The notes: generated by a model not told the origin, from the letters alone. 64,000 nucleotides of DNA from Solirubrobacteraceae bacterium (GCA_049513255.1 JBEKWH010000006.1:80890-144889), one strand, 5' to 3'; positions 9,437 to 18,964 are shown, numbered from the stretch's first letter. Numbers and translations: made by a program.

Positions 9437-9481
9437 GGGGCCGTCTCCGAAGACTTGGCCGGTCGGGAGACGGCCCCTTTT
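9437..9481 (+). terminator. GC-rich hairpin followed by TTTT (intrinsic terminator-like)
   Basis: GGGGCCGTCTCCGA (9437-9450) pairs with TCGGGAGACGGCCCC (9463-9477), followed by TTTT. Confidence 0.5.
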
Positions 9482-9629
9482 CCGATTCCAGGACGAAGCG
9501 TGATCCAACCTATCCGCTGGCCCCGACAGCTATTCCGACCGGCCCAAGGTCTAGCTTCATTCAGCACAAAGGCTCGCCAAACCGGCCGGTCGGGTGAGCG
9601 CCAATTCCAAGACGAATGGAGATCACCCA

Positions 9630-9926
9630 ATGGCTATCCAAATAGTTGCTGTGAACACGTCACACGAACTGACGACCAAGGGCGCCGGTGCGATGCACAA
9701 GCACATCACCGAAGTCAAGACTGCCGGAGGTCGCGTGCTCACTCGCGCAGAAGTCGTGAGCAAAATCAAAGGGGGGACCGAGAGCTTCTGCACCAAGGTC
9801 GACGGCAAAGAACCGCTCGTCGTCGTCGTGACGTGTCCGCACTGCGCCAATGGCAGCTACATCCGCACGACGGAGGACAGCACGACTGCCGACAACCTGC
9901 TGAGCCTGCCGTCCTTTACGTCGTAG
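9630..9926 (+). CDS. DUF3892 family protein
   Basis: HKHITEV..TRAEVVSKI.GG..F.T...YIRTTEDSTTADNLLSLP matches the family pattern. RBS GGAGA lies upstream. Confidence 0.8.
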   Translation: MAIQIVAVNTSHELTTKGAGAMHKHITEVKTAGGRVLTRAEVVSKIKGGTESFCTKVDGKEPLVVVVTCPHCANGSYIRTTEDSTTADNLLSLPSFTS

Positions 9927-10272
9927 AGTCCTCGCCGCCCGCGACCGAGGCGCCAACCAGGCTGGTGATGCGTCTCGGTCGTACCGGCGGAAACGGAGCC
10001 GGGAGAATCGCAGTGTCCGGTCCGGGATGGCACCCGTAGCCGAGCGACACGGCGATGGCGTCAGCGATAAAGGGAATCAGGCGCTCGGCCTCCAGCACGG
10101 AGAACTCCGCGCCTAGCCGTCGATCGAGCACCAAGAGCACGCGGTCTTCGCCTTGCGGATGAGCCTCCAGAAACGGCACTTGCCAGCCGTTGACGACCAC
10201 ATCATGGTGCTCGCGTGGGCCACTGTAGGCGACTGCCATGCTCGGCATATCTGAGCACTCATGCTCTTGCAT
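9916..10272 (-). CDS. Hypothetical protein
   Basis: Protein-like composition (VNGWQVPFLEA...EAERLIPFIADAIAVSLGY.CHP) with a GGAAAGGA RBS-like element upstream. Confidence 0.65.
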   Translation of the reverse strand: MQEHECSDMPSMAVAYSGPREHHDVVVNGWQVPFLEAHPQGEDRVLLVLDRRLGAEFSVLEAERLIPFIADAIAVSLGYGCHPGPDTAILPAPFPPVRPRRITSLVGASVAGGEDSTT

Positions 10273-10453
10273 GACCCGTCCTTTCCACGACGGGTCGCTG
10301 TGTGCCTGCGCGTGAAACCGGGCTTGCGCGCCCAGCCGCAGACAACTAGCGACAAATGTCGGTCAGACTGACAAACCACCAACCCCTCCGGTGGGCCGGC
10401 CGTGCCACCGGATGCTGCCCGGCGACACCGGTCGGCCCATGCGCTCAGACCGC

Positions 10454-10891
10454 TCAGGATGCGGTCGGTGTGATCGTGACCGCTTCCTTCTTGGCCTCCT
10501 TCGGCAGCGGGATCGTCACTTCGACCACGCCGTCGTGGGTCTTGGCCTTGATCTTCTTGGCGTCCACGCCGGATGGCAGCGCCATCGAGCGGGAGAACGA
10601 CCCGTAGCGACGCTCGCGGCGCAGGAAGTGCTTGTCCTTCTCCTCCTTGCGCTCCTCGTGCTGGCCAGAGACCGTGAGGATGTCGTCCTCGACCTCGATC
10701 TTGACCTCCTCGGGCTTGATCCCCGGCACGTCAGCGCGCACCACGAGATTGCCGTTGTCGCGCTCGACGTCCACAGCCGGCATCCAGGCGCGCTCGCGCC
10801 CCTCGGCCAGCTCCTCGAACATGCGGTCGAAGCGACTGCGCAGCTCGCCGAGCTCGGCGAAGGGTTCCCAACGGGTAAGTGCTCCAGGCAT
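10454..10891 (-). CDS. Hsp20/alpha-crystallin small heat shock protein
   Basis: PAVDV...ADVPG, RRERRYGSFSRS and DGVVEVTIP motifs. RBS AGGAGA. Confidence 0.96.
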   Translation of the reverse strand: MPGALTRWEPFAELGELRSRFDRMFEELAEGRERAWMPAVDVERDNGNLVVRADVPGIKPEEVKIEVEDDILTVSGQHEERKEEKDKHFLRRERRYGSFSRSMALPSGVDAKKIKAKTHDGVVEVTIPLPKEAKKEAVTITPTAS

Positions 10892-10955
10892 GATGTCTCC
10901 TCAGGTCGTGATGGAAGCTGTTGATTGACGCTAGCCCGCGCCGCATGCCGGCACA

Positions 10956-10994
10956 TCGGGGAGCAACCTCAAGGCGCATCAGTGGAACGCCGCA
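10956..10994. promoter_or_regulatory. Two putative 16-bp response-regulator sites upstream of hsp20
   Basis: TCGGGGAGCAACCTCA (10956) and TCAGTGGAACGCCGCA (10979) fit the shared consensus T(C/G)(C/G/A)G(G/T)G-N4-(C/A)CC(G/T)CA. Confidence 0.45.
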
Positions 10995-11017
10995 CGGCGC
11001 TCGGAGGCACACGGGCG

Positions 11018-12124
11018 CTACGTGCTCGACAGCGCTCTCAGCGGCCGCATACGGGTGACCCGCCATGCCGGGTAGATGCCCCCGAGCACACCGATCGCCA
11101 CACCTACCAGCAGACCGCGTCCCAGGCCCCAGGCGGTGACCGACGGCGAGACGTAGGCACTGACGCCGAGCGCGTGCACGAGCAGGCTGCCGCCGATCAC
11201 GCCGATGAGCAACCCGACCGCCGCGCCCAGCACGCTGACCGCGACGCCTTCTCCGAAGATCAGACTGGCAACGCGCACGGGCGACCACCCGACGGTGCTC
11301 AGCAGCCCGAGCTCGCCCTGGCGTTCCATGATCGACATCGCCATCGTGTTGGCGACGCTGATCGCACCGACGATCAGCGCGATCACGACGATCACCAGGA
11401 TCGCCTTGGAGATCAGGATGCCGTTGGCCCCCACCCGCAGCGCCTGCTGCGGGTCGGAGATCACCTCCGTGCCGGGCAGGGCGTGTTCGATGCTCTTGCC
11501 CGCGCGGCTCGCCCGCACGCCCGGCGCCAGCTGCACGACGACGTCGGTGACCTCGGCAGGTCGGCCGGCGAGCTGCTGGGCCTGCGTGAGCGCGAGCACG
11601 GCGCCGGAGTCCTCGAACAGCACGCCCGAGTGGTAGATGCCGGCGATGCGATAGGAGTGTCCCGCCACCGTCAGGGCAACGCCGGGGTGCAGGTGCAGCT
11701 GCGCAGCCAAGCGGTCGCCGATCAGCACTTCATGCGCTCCGGAGAGCGGCTGGCGGCCCGCGGTCAGCACCAGGTTGTGCGTGAAGAAGCCGGCCGGATC
11801 GGCGCCGAACACGATCGCCGCCGGGGCGGCCTTCAGGCCTTCGACAATCAGCAGCAGCGGCGTCGCGCGCGCCACCTCGGGGCGGGCGTCCAGGCGCCCG
11901 ACGATCGATTCCGGCAGCACGGACGCGGTTGGTTCCGAGGCGTTCGACTGAAACACGCCCAGCTCCGAGCCGCCGAGATGGACGAAGCCGGCGGCGGTTT
12001 CCCTCAGCCCCTGCGTGAACGACAGCAGCGCGACGATCGTCGCCACGCCGACCGCGATCCCGAGCGCGGTGAACAGCGTCCGCGCGGAGCGCCGCATCAG
12101 GTTGGTGATGATGATCGCCGACAT
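11018..12124 (-). CDS. FtsX/MacB-type ABC permease
   Basis: N-terminal TM, large periplasmic domain, and C-terminal ERQGELGLL..VGW motif followed by TMs. Confidence 0.88.
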   Translation of the reverse strand: MSAIIITNLMRRSARTLFTALGIAVGVATIVALLSFTQGLRETAAGFVHLGGSELGVFQSNASEPTASVLPESIVGRLDARPEVARATPLLLIVEGLKAAPAAIVFGADPAGFFTHNLVLTAGRQPLSGAHEVLIGDRLAAQLHLHPGVALTVAGHSYRIAGIYHSGVLFEDSGAVLALTQAQQLAGRPAEVTDVVVQLAPGVRASRAGKSIEHALPGTEVISDPQQALRVGANGILISKAILVIVVIALIVGAISVANTMAMSIMERQGELGLLSTVGWSPVRVASLIFGEGVAVSVLGAAVGLLIGVIGGSLLVHALGVSAYVSPSVTAWGLGRGLLVGVAIGVLGGIYPAWRVTRMRPLRALSST

Positions 12125-12137
12125 CGCCCGGTCTCCC

Positions 12138-12830
12138 CTACTGCTGCCCGACCGCAGCCTGCACAGCGTCGATCCTGCCGTCGATCAGCGTGAGCGTGCG
12201 GTCCGCGCGCGCGCCGACGGACGGGTCATAGCTGACCACGACGAGCGTCATGCCGAGGTGGTCGCGGAGCTTGAACAGCAGGTCGAGCACGCGCTCGGAG
12301 GTGTGCGAGTCCAGGGCGCCTGTCGGCTCGTCGGCGAGCAGCAGGCGCGGCTCGTTGGCGAGCGAACGGGCCACGGCCACGCGCTGGCTCTCCCCGCCTG
12401 ACAGCTCCGACGGGAGGTGATCGGCGCGGTCGGCCAGCCCGACCTCCTCGAGCAGCGACAGCGCGCGCCGGCGGCGCTCCGCCCGGTGCACGCCGGCGCC
12501 GATCAGCGGCACTTCCACGTTCGCCCGGGCAGTGAGCGCCCCCAGCAGCAGGTGGCGCTGAAAGACGAAGCCGACGAGCTCGCGGCGGGCACGGGCCGGA
12601 TGCGGCTCCGTCCAGACGGCGCGGCCATCGATCTTGACCTCGCCCGTGTCGGGCTGCTCGAGGCCGCCGATCAGCGACAGCAGCGTGCTCTTGCCAGAGC
12701 CGGAGCGCCCGGTGATCGCCACCGCCTCCCCCGCCTCGACGCCCATCGTGACCTCACGCAGCGAGCGGACACGCCCGAAGCTCTTGCTCACACCCTGGAC
12801 GAGCACCTCCGCGCCCGTGCGGGTGCTCAC
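12138..12830 (-). CDS. ABC transporter ATP-binding protein (LolD/MacB-like)
   Basis: GRSGSGKST, LSGGESQRVAVAR and LLADEPTG motifs. GTG at 12830 overlaps the upstream stop. Confidence 0.93.
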   Translation of the reverse strand: MSTRTGAEVLVQGVSKSFGRVRSLREVTMGVEAGEAVAITGRSGSGKSTLLSLIGGLEQPDTGEVKIDGRAVWTEPHPARARRELVGFVFQRHLLLGALTARANVEVPLIGAGVHRAERRRRALSLLEEVGLADRADHLPSELSGGESQRVAVARSLANEPRLLLADEPTGALDSHTSERVLDLLFKLRDHLGMTLVVVSYDPSVGARADRTLTLIDGRIDAVQAAVGQQ

Positions 12831-13348
12831 GTCCTGACCTGCACCGGATAGTCGAGGTTGATCGTCACACCGCCCGAAGCTATCACCGCGCGAAACGTGA
12901 GCGGATAGCCGACAGCCGTCGCCGGCCACTTGAACACATCTGCGAAGTGCCCGTTGAACGTGTAGTGAGAGCGGCGCGCCACGACCTGCCCGCCGAACAG
13001 ATACTCGTAGCTCACGCTCGCCGCGGCCGGACGCCCGCCGCGCGTGACCGTGAACTGGATCGGCCATCGCACGTTCACCTTTGGCTGATGGGTGCCGGCG
13101 CTCAGCGTCGCGGTGATGCCGCCGGCGCTCGCGCTGACCGTATGCGCGCTGGTCGGCGCCGTTGCGATCACGGGCTGCGGCGCGGTGGTGGCCGTAGAGG
13201 TCGTGTGACTCGTGGTGGTGGCCTGGGTCGAAGAGCTGTTGGAGGAGGAGCCGCCGCAGCCGGCCAGCAGCAGTGCAGCGGCAAGCACCGCGATCGGCCA
13301 CGGAGACCTGCGGCTCGCCATGACGCTCTGAATGCTCGAACTCGTCAT
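12827..13348 (-). CDS. Putative lipoprotein with Ser/Thr-rich linker
   Basis: Lipobox LLLAGC and RBS AGGAG; coupled to the ABC ATPase gene. Confidence 0.75.
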   Translation of the reverse strand: MTSSSIQSVMASRRSPWPIAVLAAALLLAGCGGSSSNSSSTQATTTSHTTSTATTAPQPVIATAPTSAHTVSASAGGITATLSAGTHQPKVNVRWPIQFTVTRGGRPAAASVSYEYLFGGQVVARRSHYTFNGHFADVFKWPATAVGYPLTFRAVIASGGVTINLDYPVQVRT

Positions 13349-13422
13349 CGCCCCGCTCCTCTCTCGTTGGAAGGTTGCCCCAGCCGCGGTGCCCAGCTTC
13401 GCTCTCCAAGGTACAAAGGTCA

Positions 13423-13482
13423 TCGGTGTATCTCCGCTGTGGCGCAGGCGTGTTCCCGGCCGTGGCTGCGGGATTTCACGGA
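13423..13482. promoter_or_regulatory. Three putative 16-bp regulator sites at exact 22-bp period in a divergent promoter
   Basis: TCGGTGTATCTCCGCT (13423), CAGGCGTGTTCCCGGC (13445) and TGCGGGATTTCACGGA (13467). Confidence 0.55.
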
Positions 13483-13498
13483 TGGCTCGGTCGCCTGC

Positions 13499-15088
13499 AT
13501 GGGGCACCATTCCGGCATCGAGTCGGCACTCCTCTGCGCGCTGGCGGATCCCGCCACCTATGGCGGTGTGCCGGTCACCGTGCACGAGACGCACGCGTCA
13601 TGGGTGTTCGTGGCGGGGGAGCGTGCGTACAAGGTCAAGAAGCCCGTCGCCCTCGGCTTCCTTGACTACAGCACGCTCGCGCGCCGGCATCACGCCTGCA
13701 TCGAGGAGGTGCGCGTCAACCAGGAGCTCGCGCCGGGCATCTACCTCGGCGTGTGCGCGGTCGTCAAGACCGACACCGGCTTCGCGCTCGCGCCCGATGA
13801 CGGGTCACTCGAGGCCGTCGAGTACGTCGTCGAGATGTGCAGCTTCGACGAGTCGCACACGCTCGCGGGCGTGATCGCGGACGGGCGCCTCACGGACGCG
13901 CAGCTCGATGCGGTCGCTCATCGCCTGGCCGCGTTTCATCGCGACGCGGCGGTCGTCGCGGGTGGTAGCGCGCAACAGGTACTGCACGTCTGGCAGCGAA
14001 ATCTTGGCGAGCTGGAGGCCAACGCCGCGCCGCTGGAGCTGCCGGTCGCGCTCGCCTCGAGTTTCGCCGACACCTTCACGCGGGTGCACGCGCACGAGAT
14101 CGAACAGCGCCGAGACGCCGGGTTGGTGCGCGACGGGCACGGCGATCTGCGCTGCGAGCATGTGCTGGTGATCCCGGACGTGCGCGTCGTCGACCGCATC
14201 GAGTTCGACCCCGCGCTGCGCCACATCGACGTCGCCAGCGATCTGGCGTTCCTGACGATGGACCTCGAGGCCCACGACCAGCGCTGGGCCGCCGACAGGC
14301 TTCTGTCGGCCTACCGCGACAGCGGGATCGACGCGGGCAGCGACGCGCTGCTCAGCTTCCACGCGGCGCACCGAGCGCTCGTCCGAGCGAAGGTCGCGCT
14401 GATTGCGGCGGGCGAGCACGAAGACGAGCGCCGCACCGCGCTGCTCGCGCAGGCGCGGTCGCTGTGGGCGCTGTCCGAGCGCCTGTGCTGGCGCGCGCGA
14501 GCACCCGTCGCGGTCGTCGTGTGCGGACCGGCGGGCAGTGGCAAGTCGACGCTCGCGATCGAGCTCTCGCGCCGCTCGGGTCTCGAGGTGCTGTCCTCCG
14601 ACGCGATCCGCAAGTCGGCCGCAGGCTTGCAGGCCACCGACCGCGGGGGTCCAGACCTCTACAGTCACCGCGTCACGCATCACACCTACGAGCTGCTCGC
14701 CGGGCACGCGCACGCGCGCATCGACCGCGGCGACGGGGTGATCGTGGATGCGACCTGCCGCTCGCGCAGCGAGCGCTCGACGCTGCTCGGCCGCCTGGCG
14801 CGCACCGGTGCGCCGCGCCTGGTCGTGCGCTGCGAGGTCCCGCTCGCGGTCGCGCTGGCGCGCGCCGCGCAGCGCGCTCACGACCCCGCGCGCGTGTCCG
14901 ACGCGAGCCCGGCGATCGTCGCCGAGCAGTACCAGGAGTTCCAGCCGCTCGAGGAGCTGCCGCCGGGGGACGTCTTCGGTTTGGACACGCGGCTGCCCCT
15001 CGACACCCAGGTCTGCAAGGTGACGCTCGCGATCGACCGCCTGCTGGCGGCGCGTGCCGGCGTTCCAGCGTGCTCTCAGGAGGCTTAG
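13499..15088 (+). CDS. Bifunctional aminoglycoside-phosphotransferase-like kinase / AAA_33 P-loop protein (Rv2004c-like)
   Basis: ETHASWV, AYKVKKPV, RDGHGDLRCEH and DRIEFD, followed by GPAGSGKST and VIVDAT. Confidence 0.93.
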   Translation: MGHHSGIESALLCALADPATYGGVPVTVHETHASWVFVAGERAYKVKKPVALGFLDYSTLARRHHACIEEVRVNQELAPGIYLGVCAVVKTDTGFALAPDDGSLEAVEYVVEMCSFDESHTLAGVIADGRLTDAQLDAVAHRLAAFHRDAAVVAGGSAQQVLHVWQRNLGELEANAAPLELPVALASSFADTFTRVHAHEIEQRRDAGLVRDGHGDLRCEHVLVIPDVRVVDRIEFDPALRHIDVASDLAFLTMDLEAHDQRWAADRLLSAYRDSGIDAGSDALLSFHAAHRALVRAKVALIAAGEHEDERRTALLAQARSLWALSERLCWRARAPVAVVVCGPAGSGKSTLAIELSRRSGLEVLSSDAIRKSAAGLQATDRGGPDLYSHRVTHHTYELLAGHAHARIDRGDGVIVDATCRSRSERSTLLGRLARTGAPRLVVRCEVPLAVALARAAQRAHDPARVSDASPAIVAEQYQEFQPLEELPPGDVFGLDTRLPLDTQVCKVTLAIDRLLAARAGVPACSQEA

Positions 15089-15112
15089 GCCATTGAGTTC
15101 GGAGGCGTCCGC

Positions 15113-15733
15113 ATGACCAGCTCTCAGTGGAGCACGTTGTCCGCGGTGCTCATCGGCGTCTGCTGGGGCGTGGCGGCGACCGTCTGGCTGGTCGGAGCCG
15201 CGTACAACCTGCGCCGAGCGCCTGAAGTCGGCAGACGATCGGGGCGGACGGTGCTGCTGGTGGGCGCCGCGATCGCACTGCTGATCGTCAAAGTGCTGCC
15301 CGCGAGCGCGTGGAGCTGGGGCAAAGTGCACAGCTGGGAGGCGCGGGCGCCCGGCCTGGCCCTCCTGCTCATCTGCACCGCCTTCGCGCTCTGGGCACGG
15401 GTCACGCTCGGCACGATGTGGTCCTCGACCGCCCTCGTGAGAGAGCATCACCGCCTGCGCACAAGCGGTCCATACGCGGTGACGAGACATCCGATCTACA
15501 CCGGACTGCTGGGGATGATGCTCGGCACCGCGCTGGCCAACGGTCTGGGAGCCTGGCTGATCGTGTTCGCCATAGCGGTCGCGCTCACCGAGTTGAAGAT
15601 CGCAACCGAGGAGCGCCTGCTCAGCGAGGCGTTTCCTGACGACTACGAGTTCTACCGGCACGGGTGCCGCAGCTCGTTCCCGGGCTGCATCTCCACGCCC
15701 GCCCGCGACACACCGGATGACAGCGGCTCATGA
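15113..15733 (+). CDS. Isoprenylcysteine carboxylmethyltransferase (ICMT/PEMT) family protein; probable 1-bp frameshift near 15660
   Basis: LRTSGPYAVTRHPIYTG and EERLL motifs. The expected tail RVPQLVPGL lies in a shifted frame that ends at 15720. Confidence 0.82.
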   Translation: MTSSQWSTLSAVLIGVCWGVAATVWLVGAAYNLRRAPEVGRRSGRTVLLVGAAIALLIVKVLPASAWSWGKVHSWEARAPGLALLLICTAFALWARVTLGTMWSSTALVREHHRLRTSGPYAVTRHPIYTGLLGMMLGTALANGLGAWLIVFAIAVALTELKIATEERLLSEAFPDDYEFYRHGCRSSFPGCISTPARDTPDDSGS

Positions 15734-15756
15734 ACCGCGCGGTGGAGCCCCGCCGC

Positions 15757-17613
15757 TCAGCCCGCCAGCTCGGCCAGCAGCAGGCGGTGCCCGGCGATCC
15801 AGGCGATGACGGCGTGCGTGCCAGCGCCGCTGAGCGCGGCATTGCGCAGCACCCCTGTGCCGAGCGTTCGCGGCGAGGAGAACGAGGCCCCGGCGGGCCG
15901 TACGGAGTAGACGAGTCGCTCGCGATCGAATCGGCCCTCCCCCCACGCGACGATCGCGCTGTCGCTCGTCGCCGCGGCCACCGGGTATTGCGAGACCGTG
16001 CTCGGCGGGCTCAGCTGCTCGGGCGCGGAGAAGGCGCCGTTTGCCTGCTCGCCGGCCGCCTCAAGCGCGCCGGTCACGGGCGACTCCGCCTGCGCTGAGG
16101 CATCTCGGCCAACCGTCCACGCGGCGACCGGGCCGCCTTCGACCGGCAGCGCGACCACTGGCCCGTTGTACGTCGTGATGCTCGGCGGCGGGTTGGGCAC
16201 CTCCCCAGCCGTCTGCGATGCCGCGTAGGACAGATCTGGCTCGAGCGTCGAGACCTGCAGCAGCCAGGGCAGCGTTCCCTCGACGCTGTAGCCGACGGCG
16301 ACGCCGCCCGGTCCCGAGAACACGGCGTCGCCGTCGCCTTCCGAAGATGGGAGCGACTGCTGGGTGCCGGCCGACAGCACCTGCGGCGCATCGAACGTGC
16401 GCGCTCCTGCTGGCAGCACGGCGGCGGCGACCTGAGCGTTGACGGGTGTCGGCCCGAGCACCAGCGGCGTTCGATAGCTCACCGCGACATCGCCGGCGGC
16501 GTCCACGCCGGCGCCGCCCACACTCGCGTAGTAGGCGAGCGCGAGCGTGCGCGGTGCACCGAAACGGACCGAGCCGGCGGCGATCGCATACCTGATCTCC
16601 GCGCTCGTCGCCGCTTCCAGGCCTGGGACGTCCTGCCCCCAGACCGCGACAACACGTTCGTCCGTCGCGACGATCGACCAATCGGGCACGTTCGCTGTGA
16701 CGGACAGCAACCGCTGGGGCGTGCCGAACGGCTTCCCCGCAAGCGCGATCGCGCCGAGCAGCAGGCGCCGCCCATGCCCACCGCTCGGCATCGCCTCCCA
16801 GATCACCGCTGCGGTGCCGTTGGCGGCGATCGACACCTCGGGTCTGAAGCCCGGGCCGAGATGCTGCGGCGCCCCCAGACGTCCGCCGGCACTCACGTGT
16901 CGCACCACGATGCCGGTGAGCGCGTTCCACGCAACCACCGAGCTCCCGGCGGCGTTGACGGCAACCGCCGGCGGCGCGCTGAGTTCGGGCACGCCCGCCG
17001 AGGCGACCGTGATCGCCCGCCCAAAGCTCGGCGCGACCGAGCTCGGCGCGACCGTGGCGGCGACGGCCTGGCGGCAGCCGAGTCGCCGCTCGGGCCCTTC
17101 GTCGGTCAGCCCGCCATGCGAGCGTCGCAGCGACACCGTGGCGCGCAGAACGCTGGCGGCGCCATACACATAGACGCGCAGCTGCAGGCTCTGGCCGACG
17201 TGTGGCGCCGGAAGCAGCTTTGTCCCGGCAGGTACTTCCAGCTCCTGTGTGTAGCACGGGGCCGCTCGTCCGGCGCCGACTATTCCCCAGCCTTTGTCCT
17301 GGCCGGGATGCGGTGCAGCCGGGAAGCGCGTCAGGCCGAACCGGTCGAGGCCGACCCCGGCGAGCGGGCTGCCGTTGCGCAGACGCGGCACCCTGCGATT
17401 GAGCCGCAGGTATACGTAGTAGGAGTCGCCACCCGTGTGAGGCTCGAAGGTCACTATCGGGGACCCCACCAGACGAAAGGCCGCTGAACCGGCCGACGTC
17501 GCCGCGTCCCGCTCGACGCGTCCACTCGCGGGCATCGTGAGCAACGCGAGGCACACGAGCGCGCTCGAGCAAGCGATCGCGAGCGGCCGCGCAGGACCTT
17601 GGCGCAACCTCAT
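15757..17613 (-). CDS. Secreted hypothetical protein with repeated beta-rich units
   Basis: Signal-peptide-like N-terminus from the ATG at 17613, which overlaps the CYTH-CHAD stop (ATGA). Repeated G.(S/A)VVAW and G.FG.P..L motifs. Confidence 0.7.
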   Translation of the reverse strand: MRLRQGPARPLAIACSSALVCLALLTMPASGRVERDAATSAGSAAFRLVGSPIVTFEPHTGGDSYYVYLRLNRRVPRLRNGSPLAGVGLDRFGLTRFPAAPHPGQDKGWGIVGAGRAAPCYTQELEVPAGTKLLPAPHVGQSLQLRVYVYGAASVLRATVSLRRSHGGLTDEGPERRLGCRQAVAATVAPSSVAPSFGRAITVASAGVPELSAPPAVAVNAAGSSVVAWNALTGIVVRHVSAGGRLGAPQHLGPGFRPEVSIAANGTAAVIWEAMPSGGHGRRLLLGAIALAGKPFGTPQRLLSVTANVPDWSIVATDERVVAVWGQDVPGLEAATSAEIRYAIAAGSVRFGAPRTLALAYYASVGGAGVDAAGDVAVSYRTPLVLGPTPVNAQVAAAVLPAGARTFDAPQVLSAGTQQSLPSSEGDGDAVFSGPGGVAVGYSVEGTLPWLLQVSTLEPDLSYAASQTAGEVPNPPPSITTYNGPVVALPVEGGPVAAWTVGRDASAQAESPVTGALEAAGEQANGAFSAPEQLSPPSTVSQYPVAAATSDSAIVAWGEGRFDRERLVYSVRPAGASFSSPRTLGTGVLRNAALSGAGTHAVIAWIAGHRLLLAELAG

Positions 17614-18947
17614 CGGTGCTCCAGCTCGTAGAGGCGCGCACCCAGGCGCAACGCGCGGCGCTGGAGCTGCCTGCGCCGACGAGCGATCAGCCGCTGCAGA
17701 GCGCTCTGCTCGGCGCGGTCGGCGAAGCAATCCGCTCGTTCTCGGACACGCTGGGCGAGTATCGCGAGATCGTGATCGTCGCCCGTGAGGTCCGAGATGC
17801 GGTGGGCGAGCAGGATGAGTGGCTCCATCCGCTGAGGCGCGACCTCTCCGAGGATCTCGGCCGCGTGCCAGAGCTCCTTCGATCGCTTGCGCACCTCGTG
17901 CAGGCGCTCATCGCTGGGTTCTGCGGCGGCGGCTCGCACCGCTCGCCTGCCATTGCGGTAGATGCGCTGAAAGCCACTGTCGAGGGCCTCGACCTCGTCG
18001 TGCTCGAAGCGCCATCCCGGCAGGCGCTGACGCGCGCGGGCCAGCTCCTGGAGAACCGCTTCATCGGCCGTGGTGGTTCGTCCGGGGCCGCCCCCGGCGG
18101 CTTGCAGCTCGCCCACGAGCGTCTCGCGCAGCGTCGAGAATCCCGAGGCCGGCAGGTGCTGCGCGTAGAGCACGCAGAGGCTGTCCAGCGTGTCGATCAG
18201 AACCTCGCTGTCGCGAGCGCTGGAGAGTTGCTGCCCGGCGTCTCGGAAGCTGGCGAGCTCGTGCTCATAGACGGACGGCTGCAGCTGGCCTCGTGCCAGC
18301 CTGAGCGCTGCGCGTATGCGCTTGAAGCTCTTGCGAGCCTCGTGCACAGCCTCGCCGGGATCGCTTCCAGCCAGGCCACTGAGTTGGTCGGTTGCCGAGT
18401 CGATCTGCGCGCGAACCAGGCGTCTGAGACCGTCACCGACGGGCTCACCCACCGCAAGCGTGAAGCTCGGTGTCTGCGCACGCACCGACGGAACCCCTTC
18501 ATCCGCCAGTTGCTGATTGGCATAGCGACGATCGCCGGTGACCTCCGGACCGAACCATCCTGGCGGCTTGAAGCGCTGCGCCTGTGCTTCGGAGTCGAAC
18601 TCCACCTCGGCGATCGCGAGGCCGTCCAACGCGCCGGCGTAGACGTCCAGCTCGATCATCAGAGCTTCCTCGCCGGGGATCGTGTAGCGCACCTTTTCGA
18701 GTTGGTGTCCCTCGGTCAGAGGCCACAGACGCTCGAAGCGCTCCGGCTCGATTGCATGCTCGTACTCCTCGCGAGCCAGCCCACCTCCCTGCTTGACGGT
18801 CAGCAGGCCGTGGCCGTCGCTGGCCCGCAGGCGCACCTCGAGGTCCTCGCCGGCGCTGAGCAGATAGCCCTGCGCCAGGTGCCGGTGCGGGTAGCTCTCC
18901 AGCCCGGGCGGGGGGTGCGCGACGAGGAACTTGCGCTCGATCTCCAT
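17610..18947 (-). CDS. CYTH (triphosphate tunnel metalloenzyme) - CHAD fusion protein
   Basis: N-terminal MEIERKF (ExExK) and IELDVY..AEVEF motifs; CHAD motifs VHEARKSFKRIRAAL, RDSEV and LHEVRKRSK. Confidence 0.92.
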   Translation of the reverse strand: MEIERKFLVAHPPPGLESYPHRHLAQGYLLSAGEDLEVRLRASDGHGLLTVKQGGGLAREEYEHAIEPERFERLWPLTEGHQLEKVRYTIPGEEALMIELDVYAGALDGLAIAEVEFDSEAQAQRFKPPGWFGPEVTGDRRYANQQLADEGVPSVRAQTPSFTLAVGEPVGDGLRRLVRAQIDSATDQLSGLAGSDPGEAVHEARKSFKRIRAALRLARGQLQPSVYEHELASFRDAGQQLSSARDSEVLIDTLDSLCVLYAQHLPASGFSTLRETLVGELQAAGGGPGRTTTADEAVLQELARARQRLPGWRFEHDEVEALDSGFQRIYRNGRRAVRAAAAEPSDERLHEVRKRSKELWHAAEILGEVAPQRMEPLILLAHRISDLTGDDHDLAILAQRVRERADCFADRAEQSALQRLIARRRRQLQRRALRLGARLYELEHR

Positions 18948-18964
18948 CGCGAGCACCGTCCGCG

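Noticed and set aside
10273-10296. Hairpin GACCCGTC-N8-GACGGGTC as a terminator or IS end
   Set aside because: The stem is short, has no U-tract, and shows no match to the left end of the IS remnant.
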